Of a stretch of 54,661 bases of DNA, positions 9,082-19,501 are shown in pieces. How positions within the stretch are numbered: the stretch's first letter is position 1; the number at the start of each line of letters is the position of its first letter. The DNA lies in contig CALERO010000036.1 of NCBI GenBank assembly GCA_937907325.1, forward strand, positions 1-54,661, written 5' to 3'. Position numbers and translations under genes: made by a program. The notes beneath the pieces were generated by a model that saw nothing but the letters and a program-made list of their open reading frames with translations, had not been told where the DNA came from and searched no databases. This DNA comes from an uncultured Clostridia bacterium (lineage in GTDB: Bacteria; Bacillota; Clostridia; UBA1381).

Positions 9082-10294
9082 TCTTCTTACCTACCTTTCT
9101 GTTCCATACGGGTAATGTCAAAGCGCATACCGCCGTTCCGAGAACAGCTATGCCTGCCCAAAGCGAAACCGTCGGCAGCCAGCCGAACGCATTTGAAAAA
9201 AGTACAATGCCGTACACCGAAACTGCACTTCCTACATATGTGAATGAATTGAGAACGCCCGAAAGCAAAGAGCCTTTTCCCGTTGACGCATATGCCTTCG
9301 GTACCATACTTACAAGCATCAGATTTATACCGTTCATACAGCCCACAACGGTTGCCATACTCAAAACCGCAACAACAAAGTTTTGATTAAACACTCGCAA
9401 AGCTATGCAAAACACCGAAGCGACGGCATATATCAGCGTTGCAGAAAAAATCGGATTTCTGAGTTTGCGGATAATCACAACGCTCACCCATGAGGTCACA
9501 ATGCCGAACAGAGGCAGTGCCACGCCGGATAAAATGGAAATTCCCGCACCCAGATGAAAAGTTTCATTAATATATGTAGGCATCCATGTTGTTGTGCCGT
9601 CACGCAAAATGCCGTGGAGTACAATAGCAAATGCAGCTGCGGCAATTATCGGGATAAAAATTTTTCCCTCCGATTGTACCTCCTGTTTCGGAGTTTTTAC
9701 GGAAACAATCTTATAATCGGAAAAAATCCATATAAAACCGAGAACAAACGCAAACACGGCAGGTATGATAAACATAAACACCCATCCGTTTTTGCCGAAG
9801 CACGCCGAAAACACAGGAACCATTAAATATGTAAGAACCGATGCCAAGCCGCTGCCGACAGCGGTTGCGAATACTCCCGTGTCATACTCTTTTGAATCCA
9901 AATAATGCAGAAATATTTTTATAAGAGCCGGCCACATAAGCGCCTGGGCAAATCCGTTTATAATCCATGCAACAACGATGGCAATACCACCGCCCAAAAA
10001 GCCGTTAAGTGGAATAACCAAATTCACAAGCGCCGCAGGAATAAAATTCAAAAACATAAGATATTTTGGCTGAAATTTGTTCGACAAAAATCCTGATAAC
10101 GTTAGTCCTACTCCGTAGCTGATTACATTGCACGTAACCGCAAGAGCAAGTATCTCCTTTGAAAGCACATTTGCCGTTGACAATTCTTCAATGACTGCGC
10201 TTAAATTTACTCGTGTCAGATAACTTCCGAAATACGACAGAGCGCCTAAAAATATCAGTCTGTGGGCTGTTGATCCGTTTTGGCTTTTTTCCAT
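9071..10294 (-). CDS. MFS transporter
   Basis: About 12 predicted hydrophobic helices. The N-terminal FLGALSYFGSYLTRVNLS resembles organophosphate/sugar-type MFS members. Confidence 0.8.
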   Translation of the reverse strand: MEKSQNGSTAHRLIFLGALSYFGSYLTRVNLSAVIEELSTANVLSKEILALAVTCNVISYGVGLTLSGFLSNKFQPKYLMFLNFIPAALVNLVIPLNGFLGGGIAIVVAWIINGFAQALMWPALIKIFLHYLDSKEYDTGVFATAVGSGLASVLTYLMVPVFSACFGKNGWVFMFIIPAVFAFVLGFIWIFSDYKIVSVKTPKQEVQSEGKIFIPIIAAAAFAIVLHGILRDGTTTWMPTYINETFHLGAGISILSGVALPLFGIVTSWVSVVIIRKLRNPIFSATLIYAVASVFCIALRVFNQNFVVAVLSMATVVGCMNGINLMLVSMVPKAYASTGKGSLLSGVLNSFTYVGSAVSVYGIVLFSNAFGWLPTVSLWAGIAVLGTAVCALTLPVWNRKVGKKNEN

Positions 10295-10336
10295 TTTATC
10301 GCCTCATTTTTACTTGTTTTTTAATTGAACAGCGAC

Positions 10337-10365
10337 ATTATATCACTGCAAAATACGGTTGTCAA
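10337..10365 (-). promoter_or_regulatory. Consensus sigma-A promoter of the MFS-BNR pair
   Basis: On the minus strand: TTGACA, a 17-nt spacer, then TATAAT. Confidence 0.65.
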
Positions 10366-10385
10366 CCCTGAAATTATCGTTTTAT

Positions 10386-10425
10386 AAAAAAATCTCAAAG
10401 CAAAATTTGCTTTGAGATTTTTTTC
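10386..10425. terminator. Bidirectional intrinsic terminator (serves the minus-strand gene at 10434-10859)
   Basis: A-run, stem ATCTCAAAGCAAA/TTTGCTTTGAGAT, then a T-run. Confidence 0.8.
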
Positions 10426-10433
10426 TTGCAGTC

Positions 10434-10859
10434 TTATTTTGTGCTTATCATAACGGCACAGTTTACGCCGTCCCATGAAACGTCCGCCCCGAGTGCCTCC
10501 ATAGCAAATCTCAGCGGTACAAAGGTTGTATCGTTTTTTATAACAGCAGGCGTTTCAAGCGTATATTCCTCGCCGTTTATAAACGCCCTGTTCTGTCCTA
10601 TCTGCAATGAAAAGAATGAATTATCTTTCATTCCTATAACCGTCTGATTATCGCCGTCCCATACAATGCTTGCCCCGACCGCCTCAAAAACTCCTCGTAT
10701 CGGCACCATTGTAAGATTGATTTCCGTATCTATATACGGCTGTTCTTCAAAATTTATTTTTCCGCCGTTTATATACACCGACGGAGTTATCTCCGCCGCA
10801 TATGCGCCGAACGAGCAAGCAAGTGCAAGCATTCCTGCGGCTATCGCTGTTTTTTTCAT
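10434..10859 (-). CDS. Secreted protein with a copper amine oxidase N-terminal-like (stalk) domain
   Basis: Signal peptide MKKTAIAAGMLALACSFGAYA. TMVPIRGVFEAVGASIVWDGDNQTV and TFVPLRFAMEALGADVSWDG are typical of this domain. Confidence 0.7.
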   Translation of the reverse strand: MKKTAIAAGMLALACSFGAYAAEITPSVYINGGKINFEEQPYIDTEINLTMVPIRGVFEAVGASIVWDGDNQTVIGMKDNSFFSLQIGQNRAFINGEEYTLETPAVIKNDTTFVPLRFAMEALGADVSWDGVNCAVMISTK

Positions 10860-10906
10860 AATCTTATCCTTTCTTTATCCGAATATGTTCTTATTAAATT
10901 ATAACA

Positions 10907-12469
10907 TCATATGCATATATTTTCAACTATTTTTTCTGCGACCTTTATTCCGTCAACCGCCGCAGACGTTATTCCGCCTGCATAGCCTGCACCCTCTCCG
11001 CACGGAAACAAGCCCTTTATATCCGATTGCAGGGTTTCGCCGCTGCGCAGAATACGCACAGGCGATGACGAGCGTGTTTCGGGCGCTGTCATTACAGCAC
11101 CGCCGTCCGCAAAGCCGTGCAATTTTTTATCCAAAAGCGGCAGTGCCTCACGGATTGCGTTTACCGCAAACGGCGGAAGTACCTTTTCAAGCTCGGTAAA
11201 CGTCACGCCGGGGCGGTATGTCGGATTTATATGTTCGCTTTTCTCCGTACCGAGAAAATCCCCCACCGTCTGCGCCGGCGCATTATAATTTTCGCCTCCG
11301 GCTTTAAACGCTTTTTGCTCCGTTTCCCTTTGAAAATACATTCCGGCAAGCACATCATCTCCGTCAAAATCATCGGGCGTTACGTTTACAAGCACGGCAC
11401 TGTTGGCATTCTCTCCGTCACGTTTATATCGGCTCATACCGTTCGTCACCACGCCGCCCTTTTCGGACGCCGACGCTATAACCTCACCGCCGGGGCACAT
11501 ACAAAACGTATACACTCCCCTGCCCGACGGCAAATGCACCGACAGTTTATAATCCGCCGCACCCAAGTATTCTGCATTATCGCCGTACTGGCTTTCATTT
11601 ATTACCGACTGCTTATGTTCAATTCTCACACCTACCGAAAACGCCTTGCGCTCCATAGGCACACTGCGGCGTCTCAGCATTTCAAACGTATCCCTTGCGC
11701 TGTGTCCCGTTGCCAGAACAACTGCGTCTGCTTTTATAATTTTCTTTTCGCCGCCGCAGGTCACCTCTGCCCCTGTCAGAGCACCGTTTTCAATAATTAT
11801 ATCTGTCAGTGTGTGCGAAAACTTCACCTCACCGCCGTATTCGATTATGCTCTTTCGCATATTGCGCACCATATTGCAAAGATTATCCGTGCCGATATGC
11901 GGCTTTGCGGTATAAAGTATTTCCTCGGGCGCACCGTGGACATAAAACTCCTCCAAAACCTTGCGTATGCGGAAATCGCTTATCCCCGTTGTGAGCTTTC
12001 CGTCCGAGAAAGTTCCCGCACCGCCCTCGCCGAACTGCACGTTTGAATTTTCATCAAGCACACGTTCGGAAAAGAAACGCTCCGTATCCTTTTTGCGCTC
12101 CTCAACGCATTTCCCACGCTCCAGTACCGTAACCTTAACTCCGCTTTTTGCCAGCATAAGCGCACACATCAGCCCCGCAGGTCCCATTCCGGCAACTACT
12201 ATATGCTTGTCACGGTTTTTACATTCGGGAAATTTGTAATCCTCATAAGTGACTTTAGAAACATTCTTTCCGAGGTACTTTTCATCATTTTCCGTTTCAA
12301 CATCGACGCTGTATACAAACACCACCGCATTTTTTCTGCGCGCGTCTATTGATTTTTTAAATATTCTAAACGATTTTATTTCCCGTATACCGTACATTTT
12401 TCGCACCGTTTCGGCTAAGTTTTCCTCACTTTCGGAAACGGGAATTTTTATATTTGAAATTCTTATCAT
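10907..12469 (-). CDS. NAD(P)/FAD-dependent oxidoreductase (uncharacterised FAD-dehydrogenase family)
   Basis: Dinucleotide-binding motif VVAGMGPAGLMCALMLAKSG. The C-terminal CGEGAGYAGGI is typical of the COG2509-type family. Confidence 0.8.
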   Translation of the reverse strand: MIRISNIKIPVSESEENLAETVRKMYGIREIKSFRIFKKSIDARRKNAVVFVYSVDVETENDEKYLGKNVSKVTYEDYKFPECKNRDKHIVVAGMGPAGLMCALMLAKSGVKVTVLERGKCVEERKKDTERFFSERVLDENSNVQFGEGGAGTFSDGKLTTGISDFRIRKVLEEFYVHGAPEEILYTAKPHIGTDNLCNMVRNMRKSIIEYGGEVKFSHTLTDIIIENGALTGAEVTCGGEKKIIKADAVVLATGHSARDTFEMLRRRSVPMERKAFSVGVRIEHKQSVINESQYGDNAEYLGAADYKLSVHLPSGRGVYTFCMCPGGEVIASASEKGGVVTNGMSRYKRDGENANSAVLVNVTPDDFDGDDVLAGMYFQRETEQKAFKAGGENYNAPAQTVGDFLGTEKSEHINPTYRPGVTFTELEKVLPPFAVNAIREALPLLDKKLHGFADGGAVMTAPETRSSSPVRILRSGETLQSDIKGLFPCGEGAGYAGGITSAAVDGIKVAEKIVENICI

Positions 12470-12530
12470 AACATTTCACCTTTATGCTTTTTTACAATTA
12501 TATCACACCGAAAAAAAATTAGCAAATATA

Positions 12531-12558
12531 TTGACAAAAAAATTAACGGGTGTATAAT
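12531..12558 (+). promoter_or_regulatory. Sigma-A promoter of the MATE gene (extended -10)
   Basis: TTGACA, a 16-nt spacer ending in TGT, then TATAAT. Confidence 0.6.
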
Positions 12559-12582
12559 AAGTAATTACGGGGAGGAATTAAT

Positions 12583-13932
12583 ATGAAATCGCATGAAATG
12601 GATATGACGCACGGCGGTCTTGCCGGCAAAATACTTATATTTTCACTGCCTTTGATGCTGTCCGGCGTTTTGCAGGTTCTCTTTAACGCCGCAGATGTAA
12701 TCGTTGTAGGGCGTTTCACCGGGCGTGAAGCGCTTGCGGCAGTTGGTTCGACAACGTCTCTCGGCAACCTTTTTATCAACTTTTTCATAGGATTATCGGT
12801 CAGCACAAACATTCTCGTGGCACGTGCTTACGGCGCAAACGACCTCAGAAAAATAGAAAAAACGGTACATACCTCTATACTGGTGAGTGCAATAGGCGGA
12901 GTACTGATAGGTTTATTGGGCATATGCTTTTCAAGAGGCGCACTGCTGCTTATGGGAACGCCCGATGATGTACTTGAATTGGCGATTACATATTTTAATA
13001 TTTGTATGATCGGCGAACCGGCTATTCTGATATACAACTTCGGAAGTGCAATTCTGCGTGCAACGGGCGATACACAGCGTCCGCTGTACATAATCACACT
13101 TTCGGGAGTTTTAAACGTAATTTTAAACCTTATATTTGTTATAGTTTTTAAACTCGGTGTTGCGGGCGTTGCACTGGCAACAATCATTTCGCAGTACCTT
13201 TCCGCAATTCTGATAGTTTTATGCCTTATGCTTTCAAAAGGCTCAACAAAGCTTGAATTAAAGAAACTCAGCATAGACAAAAGAGTATTGAAGGAACTTC
13301 TCCGCATCGGTATTCCGAGCGGATTGCAGGGAACGATTTTTTCGCTTTCAAACATAGTTCTTCAGTCAGCAATAAACTCGTTCGGCTCGGCAACCATGGC
13401 AGGAAGTGCGGCAGCGGCAAACTTTGAAGGCTTTGTATATACCGCAATGAACGCTTTCTACCACTCGTCCATGACCTTTACAGGGCAAAATGCAGGTGCA
13501 GGCAACTACAAGCGAGTTAAAAAATCATTTTTCATAAACCTTGCATACGTCACTGCTACGGGACTTATACTCGGCAACACAGCCATTCTGTTCTCAAGGC
13601 AGCTTTTATCGGTATACACCTCCGACCCTGCCGCAATATCCGAGGGTATGATACGAATGTTATATGTCTGCTCGGCATACTTCCTGTGCGGAACAATGGA
13701 GGTTGCGGTCGGCTGTATACGCGGTCTGGGATATTCGGTTGTACCGATGGTAACCTCGCTTATAGGCGCATGCGGTATAAGAATTTTATGGGTACTTACG
13801 GTATTTCAGGCGCACCGCTCCATAGGCGTACTGTTCTTCTCTTATCCTTTGAGCTGGCTTATTACGTTTTCGGCTCACTGCGTTTATCTGTATTTCGTAT
13901 ATAAAAAATCCGCACGTCAAGCGGCGGCATAA
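12583..13932 (+). CDS. MATE family efflux transporter
   Basis: 449 aa with about 12 TM helices. GKILIFSLPLMLSGVLQVLFNAADVIVVGRF is a typical MATE N-terminus. Confidence 0.9.
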   Translation: MKSHEMDMTHGGLAGKILIFSLPLMLSGVLQVLFNAADVIVVGRFTGREALAAVGSTTSLGNLFINFFIGLSVSTNILVARAYGANDLRKIEKTVHTSILVSAIGGVLIGLLGICFSRGALLLMGTPDDVLELAITYFNICMIGEPAILIYNFGSAILRATGDTQRPLYIITLSGVLNVILNLIFVIVFKLGVAGVALATIISQYLSAILIVLCLMLSKGSTKLELKKLSIDKRVLKELLRIGIPSGLQGTIFSLSNIVLQSAINSFGSATMAGSAAAANFEGFVYTAMNAFYHSSMTFTGQNAGAGNYKRVKKSFFINLAYVTATGLILGNTAILFSRQLLSVYTSDPAAISEGMIRMLYVCSAYFLCGTMEVAVGCIRGLGYSVVPMVTSLIGACGIRILWVLTVFQAHRSIGVLFFSYPLSWLITFSAHCVYLYFVYKKSARQAAA

Positions 13933-13980
13933 AAAAAGTGATATTTCATTTTTTGCTCCTGTCGCCAAAAATTATTGCAT

Positions 13981-14016
13981 AAAAAAATCGAGGTGTTTGC
14001 ACCTCGATTTTTTTTG
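13981..14016. terminator. Bidirectional intrinsic terminator between the MATE gene and the giant surface-protein gene
   Basis: A-run, stem TCGAGGTG/CACCTCGA with a 4-nt loop, then a 9-nt T-run. Confidence 0.85.
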
Positions 14017-14022
14017 TGGCTA

Positions 14023-17000
14023 TTATTTCTTTGTAATTATAACCTTTTGCTCTGCGCCTATCCATTCGACATCTGCGCCGAGTCTTTCCGCTACAAGCCT
14101 TACTGGTGTGTATGTGCGGTCATTCTCAAGAAATGCGGGGCTGTCAAGCTCAACACTTTCGCCGTTTATCACAGCAGTATCCGAGCCGATTGTAATGAGA
14201 ATTGTCACGTCCTCGCCTTTCTCATTTTTCCCCTTTATCGTTACAAGCCTGTTGTCACCGTCCCAGCTTACCGTTGCGCCCAAACTTTCTGCAACAAATC
14301 TTACGGGAAGCATTGTTCTGTCATTTACAATCTTCGGAGCAACATCATTTTCAACCGTTTTTCCGAATACTGTCGCTTCTTTTTTGCCTATTGTCAGCAC
14401 AATTTGATTTGCCGAGTTATCTTTCGGCGTCCATGCCGCATAAAGAGTTATGCTCTTTGTTACCTTTGAGCTGAAATCGTACTTCGTTTTCAGTTCTTTG
14501 TCGGTGTACCAGCCTGCGAAATCATATCCCTCTCTTACGGGAGTCTGCGGTTCCGATACGGCATCGTTTCTCTTTACGCTTTCGGAACGAACAGCAGTTC
14601 CGCCGTTTGTTTCAAACTTAACCGTAAAGCTTAACGAACCTCCGCCTCCGCCGCCCGTCGGTGACGAGCCTGTTCCTACGGTAATCGGTACTGTGGTTGT
14701 TTTTGTATCGTTACCAAATGTGTAGCTTACTGTTACGGAGCGTGTTCCGTTTGCAAGAGCGCCCGTCGGCTCAACAATATAATCGTCAACCGTCATTGTA
14801 CTGCCGTCGTTGAATGCAGCTGTTACTACCATTCCGTCCGGATCAAATTCTTCACCGGCATTGTACTTTGTCTTATTTGGCATTGTTGTTACGGCAATAC
14901 TCTTAAGAGTCTGAGCGTCATCTTTTACAAGTACGCTTACTATCTCCGCTGCCGATTGATTTCCGGCAGAATCTTTTGCCTTAAAGATTGCAATTTCTCC
15001 GCTCAGATTAGGAACTGTTTCTCTGATAGGATAACCTTCTTCATCAAGAACGGGATCGCCGTTTTCGTCAAGTTTCTCATGCTCAATGGTAAGAATAAGA
15101 TTTTCTCTGTATGAAAATCTTCCGTCCGCACCTGCGGTTGCAACCTTTATAAGTCCGTCGGGATTTTCGTAATCGGGATAAACACTCAGGTAAATATCCG
15201 CATTAGGCTCTGTCAGACCTGTTATCTCATATGCACCGGTTGTCTTGTCGGCATATACAACAGCGCTGTCCATGCTCAATGCAGGAGGTGTGTTATCCTT
15301 TTCTATAAGCATATACTTTGTTGTAATATCCGTGTAAGTGCCTTTATTTACCTTTGCATCAATTCTCACCATTACGGAGCCGTCAATATCTGTGTTATCT
15401 ATAAAGTGACAGTTCTTATCCGTGTCAAAGCCAACCAATGCATCTGTATCTTCTCTTGTAACAGTGTACTCTGCATTCTGCTCCTTTGATGAAATGTATA
15501 AATACCACTTGTTATCAAATCCGCCGCCTGCCGTACAGCTTAAAACGCCGTCCTCATTTTCGGTTACCGTCTGATTAACAGAGTTGCTGTTTGAGTCCTC
15601 TGTTTTAAGTTCAGCCGATATTTCAAGCGGTTCATACTTCGGCAATTCGGACTCATTTGAACGTGTTTCGGCACTGTAAACCTTTAAGTTGTCTACCTTA
15701 TTTCCGTCCTCATCCGTCATATAATTGTATGCCTTAACGCCTATCATATATGTTTTGTCCGCTTCGAGCGGCTGTGACTGACTCTGCGATACCGATGTGG
15801 TTTTTGTTTCAATATCATATTCCACATCTGTTCCGCTTACGGTGAGCGCCATATCGAGTACGTATTTTCCTGCCGATGCGTCATATCTTATGCCCTTTAT
15901 CTTTGACGCTTTTATATCCTCTGCGTCATATACGTAACCTCTGCCCGTATCGGCAAAGCTGCCGTCGTCCTGCTGTTGATATATGGCTACACTGTATCCG
16001 CCAGCATTGCCGACCTCATTCCATTCGGCGTTCATAATCTCATTTCCCGACGGCTTGATTGCCGCACCCGACGGAGCATTCGGCTGTAACGTATTTGTAT
16101 AGGTTACACTGCCGAGCTCTGCAACATCAACCGGGAGAAGAATTTCCTCGCTTGTTCCGTTAATATCCGCCAAAATCTTTTTCAAAAGACGTGCCGTAAC
16201 GTAATAATCGCCCGACGGAAGCATTGTTCCCTCGCTCGGAATTACCGCTGAAATATCCGACGTATCAGTTACATCTTTATACTCTATAATATTTTCGGTT
16301 TTTCCCGGTTCGCTTCCGAAATACGTTGCAAGAATATATTCCGTGTCCCCGTCGGGATTTTTAACGCTGCCGCTCAGGCTGTAACCCGAAAGGCTTGCAT
16401 CAAGGCTGTCAAACGGTTTTGACGCATTGACGCTTGCGTCAAAGTCTGCAAGCGACGACGTTACATTCCAGCTGTCGCCGTTGTTCACGTTCGTATCTCC
16501 GACGCCTATAAGCACACAGTTCTTGCCCATTCCATTCTTCATTATGTATACGTTCATATCCGACTCGTTTTCAATCTCGCCGTTTTGATTGTATACAGGC
16601 TTTATCAAGTCTATCGGCGAGCCGTCTTTCGTAACCGAAAGACTGTCCGCAAATGCGTTTATATCGGTGCTGTCATCTTTAGGAGTAACCATTATAATAA
16701 GGTTTCCTTCATCGGGAATTTGTTCTTCGGGCGAAGCATTTATTATTACGTCCTTTGAGAATGTATTTCCGCCCGATACCGCATATTCCGATGCATTTTC
16801 TTCAACTATTATGCCAATATCCTCGGCATTGACAGCCACATATACAACTGCGCCGTCCTCGTCTGTATATTCCGCATATCCGCTTGTCGGTCTGTGTTCC
16901 GACCAATCCCATTCGGGCAATGATCTGAACGGTCCTCGGATAGTATAGCCGATATTGTTCTGCGGGAAAATGTAGTATATTCTGTATTTGAATATTCTCC

Positions 17001-19485
17001 AGTTTGCCTCTTTCTTTACTCCGCCGTATACCTTGAAGTTGTTAAACAACGAGTTTACAGCGTTGTCAAAACTTCCACGCACATTCATACGTGTGTTTGC
17101 ACCGAGGTAAAAATCAAATCCGGTTGAGCCGAAACATAAGCCGCTTATTGCGCCGAATCCCTCGTCCGGCAGATGCAGACTTCCTCTTATGCCGCCGCTC
17201 AAATCAGCCACAGCATAGGCGCTTGTCGGGGCCTTATAGCTGTCAAGTCCGGCAAATACGCTTGCGTCAAGATTGCCTTCCGCCTGAATTATTTTCAGGT
17301 TCTGCGGAATACTTATATGTACGCCTGCTCCGCCCATAGCGCTTAAGCCGGTATAATCCTTGCCGCCGTAACTGCGTGTTTCGCCCTGAATACCTTCATA
17401 TATTGAAAATTCGTCAATCAGCTTAAGCTGTTTCATAAACGAAATTCCGACATCTTCGGCTTCAGACTTGAAGTATGCGGGACCGAGAGTGTATGAAGCT
17501 TTTGCCTCAAGTACGTTTAAAACCTCGCCTTTACCGGTAATTTTAAGCTTCAACGGAGGAATTGCAAAGAAGTCGCCGTTAAACGAATCAGCAAGTCCGT
17601 CAAAACCGCCGCCGGCTCCCTTTATGTACGCTACCACAACAGGCGGTACAAGCGGAATTTTTGCCAGATCCGAGCCTGCGTAGAAGTAAAGCTTATTCGG
17701 CATAAGCGAGCCTGTCAGCTTTGATTTCTTAAGCTCAAGCTCCGCCTCGCTTTCAAACAAATCGAAAACGTTCAGCTCCATTGTAAAATGATAATACGGC
17801 GTAAACGTATCTATTACGCCCTCAAGCTTACCCATTTCAAGACCGATCATCTCCGCCGTGTCTATTTTTCCGTTTGCACGGATACCGTTCACTTTAAATT
17901 TTTCCTGTTTTATTCCGTAGCCGAGTTCCTCTATATTAAACTCCGCTCCCGGGAACAACTGAAAGCTTACCTCTCCCACAAAGCTGATGTTTCCGCTGTT
18001 CTTTATCACTGCGCCGTCGGGTCTTATATCCGTTCCCGGAATATCTATCGCCATAACGGCACTGTTTGTATCGGGGTTCATCGTTACGGAAATACCATCA
18101 TCGCACATTTCCATAGAAAGTCCGTCCGATATACCGCTTTTTTCCTGATAGAATTTGAAAGTCGGCGTATTCAGACTTAAATGGCTCAGTTCGATACTGC
18201 CGTCCTTACCTACCGAAAGTCTGCCGTCCGAAATCGACCACACAGCCGTAATGGTTGACGAAAGAGCCGCAACCCCGGCGGTAAATTCATATCTGCCGTT
18301 CTTTTCCTCAAATGCTCCTCTTATTACGGCTTTCGGTTCGCCGTATTTTTTCTTGTGCGCACCGAGTTCATTTTCGTTTTTAGCCGGTACAGCTATGTAG
18401 CTGTCTCCGCTTTTGTATATTCCCAGATGCTTTGCCTCTGTGCTTATTTTCACATCATCGCTCGGTGTAAAACTGCTATCGTCATTTGTATACAAGCCTC
18501 TGAAACCCCAGAGCGTGGAATAACTGCTATGCCACATCTCAATTCCCATTAAGCCGACTTCGTTTTCTATTATTACATCTCCGTTTGCCGTTGTTGAAAC
18601 ATAATCGGGCATGGCATCTTCATAGTTAAATCCGTCAACATATCTGCTGTATAAAAGCGAAGTTGCCGTAAACGGATTTGCCCATGTGTATCCTTTTGTC
18701 ATAACTTCGGTTACGGCTTCGCTTTTTGCGCTGTACATAACCTTGTTTGTCTTTATGCGTGACATTGCGCCCGGAATAGCCGCCGGAGTGTTGGTAAATC
18801 CGTCGTTTGTATTTCCGATTGCCGTATTCATATACAAAGACGCCGCACTCTGTGCGGATTCATGACCCATTCTGTTAAAGCCTTTCATCTCTATGCAGTG
18901 CCGCAGATTTGGGTATTCAATCTTTGTCTGATCAAGCATATATCCCGCAGTGGAGTATGCTCTTATACCATAGGTTCTTCCGCCGTCACTGTCGTCTGCC
19001 AAAAGCGTTCCGCCCGGCGTAAATCCGTTTGTTTCGCCTTCGTCAAGCTTTTCTATTACATATTTCGTGTGTGCATTGTACTTTCCGCCGAACGTGTATC
19101 CGACCGTTATGCACCGCTCGCTCAGATTTATTGATACATTTCTGCTGTCGTACGGTACTTCGCTTGAATTTTTTGTGAAATATTCACGCTGATATACCTT
19201 TTTATTAAACACCATATCGTAAGCTTCGGCTGCCGAGCCTTCATTTCTCGCCGGCACGGTTACCATATAGTTGTTTTTATCTCTTTCTCTTGTGTCCTCA
19301 AGGAAATAAAATCGGATATACTTGTTGTTAATCCAGCTTACTTTATATCCGTTGTAATTTTCGCTTTTCCCCGTTACAAGCTCGGACGGTTCACGCACGG
19401 CGCCCACCAATGCGGATACCTCTGCCGGAATAGTGCAAATAATCATACATAATACGATAAATGCGCTTATAAACCGTTTTCTCAT
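14023..19485 (-). CDS. Giant secreted/surface protein (1820 aa) with an unassigned N-terminal region and a multi-domain C-terminal region
   Basis: RBS GGGAGGAAGAAAG precedes the ATG at 19485, followed by signal peptide MRKRFISAFIVLCMIICTIPAEVSA. The C-terminal third carries an FN3-like segment, an Ig-like segment (KYNAGEEFDPDGMVVTAAFNDGS), a G6 linker, a Listeria-Bacteroides type repeat (EGYDFAGWYTDKELKTKYDF) and two copper amine oxidase N-terminal-like domains. Confidence 0.85.
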   Translation of the reverse strand: MRKRFISAFIVLCMIICTIPAEVSALVGAVREPSELVTGKSENYNGYKVSWINNKYIRFYFLEDTRERDKNNYMVTVPARNEGSAAEAYDMVFNKKVYQREYFTKNSSEVPYDSRNVSINLSERCITVGYTFGGKYNAHTKYVIEKLDEGETNGFTPGGTLLADDSDGGRTYGIRAYSTAGYMLDQTKIEYPNLRHCIEMKGFNRMGHESAQSAASLYMNTAIGNTNDGFTNTPAAIPGAMSRIKTNKVMYSAKSEAVTEVMTKGYTWANPFTATSLLYSRYVDGFNYEDAMPDYVSTTANGDVIIENEVGLMGIEMWHSSYSTLWGFRGLYTNDDSSFTPSDDVKISTEAKHLGIYKSGDSYIAVPAKNENELGAHKKKYGEPKAVIRGAFEEKNGRYEFTAGVAALSSTITAVWSISDGRLSVGKDGSIELSHLSLNTPTFKFYQEKSGISDGLSMEMCDDGISVTMNPDTNSAVMAIDIPGTDIRPDGAVIKNSGNISFVGEVSFQLFPGAEFNIEELGYGIKQEKFKVNGIRANGKIDTAEMIGLEMGKLEGVIDTFTPYYHFTMELNVFDLFESEAELELKKSKLTGSLMPNKLYFYAGSDLAKIPLVPPVVVAYIKGAGGGFDGLADSFNGDFFAIPPLKLKITGKGEVLNVLEAKASYTLGPAYFKSEAEDVGISFMKQLKLIDEFSIYEGIQGETRSYGGKDYTGLSAMGGAGVHISIPQNLKIIQAEGNLDASVFAGLDSYKAPTSAYAVADLSGGIRGSLHLPDEGFGAISGLCFGSTGFDFYLGANTRMNVRGSFDNAVNSLFNNFKVYGGVKKEANWRIFKYRIYYIFPQNNIGYTIRGPFRSLPEWDWSEHRPTSGYAEYTDEDGAVVYVAVNAEDIGIIVEENASEYAVSGGNTFSKDVIINASPEEQIPDEGNLIIMVTPKDDSTDINAFADSLSVTKDGSPIDLIKPVYNQNGEIENESDMNVYIMKNGMGKNCVLIGVGDTNVNNGDSWNVTSSLADFDASVNASKPFDSLDASLSGYSLSGSVKNPDGDTEYILATYFGSEPGKTENIIEYKDVTDTSDISAVIPSEGTMLPSGDYYVTARLLKKILADINGTSEEILLPVDVAELGSVTYTNTLQPNAPSGAAIKPSGNEIMNAEWNEVGNAGGYSVAIYQQQDDGSFADTGRGYVYDAEDIKASKIKGIRYDASAGKYVLDMALTVSGTDVEYDIETKTTSVSQSQSQPLEADKTYMIGVKAYNYMTDEDGNKVDNLKVYSAETRSNESELPKYEPLEISAELKTEDSNSNSVNQTVTENEDGVLSCTAGGGFDNKWYLYISSKEQNAEYTVTREDTDALVGFDTDKNCHFIDNTDIDGSVMVRIDAKVNKGTYTDITTKYMLIEKDNTPPALSMDSAVVYADKTTGAYEITGLTEPNADIYLSVYPDYENPDGLIKVATAGADGRFSYRENLILTIEHEKLDENGDPVLDEEGYPIRETVPNLSGEIAIFKAKDSAGNQSAAEIVSVLVKDDAQTLKSIAVTTMPNKTKYNAGEEFDPDGMVVTAAFNDGSTMTVDDYIVEPTGALANGTRSVTVSYTFGNDTKTTTVPITVGTGSSPTGGGGGGSLSFTVKFETNGGTAVRSESVKRNDAVSEPQTPVREGYDFAGWYTDKELKTKYDFSSKVTKSITLYAAWTPKDNSANQIVLTIGKKEATVFGKTVENDVAPKIVNDRTMLPVRFVAESLGATVSWDGDNRLVTIKGKNEKGEDVTILITIGSDTAVINGESVELDSPAFLENDRTYTPVRLVAERLGADVEWIGAEQKVIITKK

Positions 19486-19501
19486 CTTTCTTCCTCCCTT
19501 T

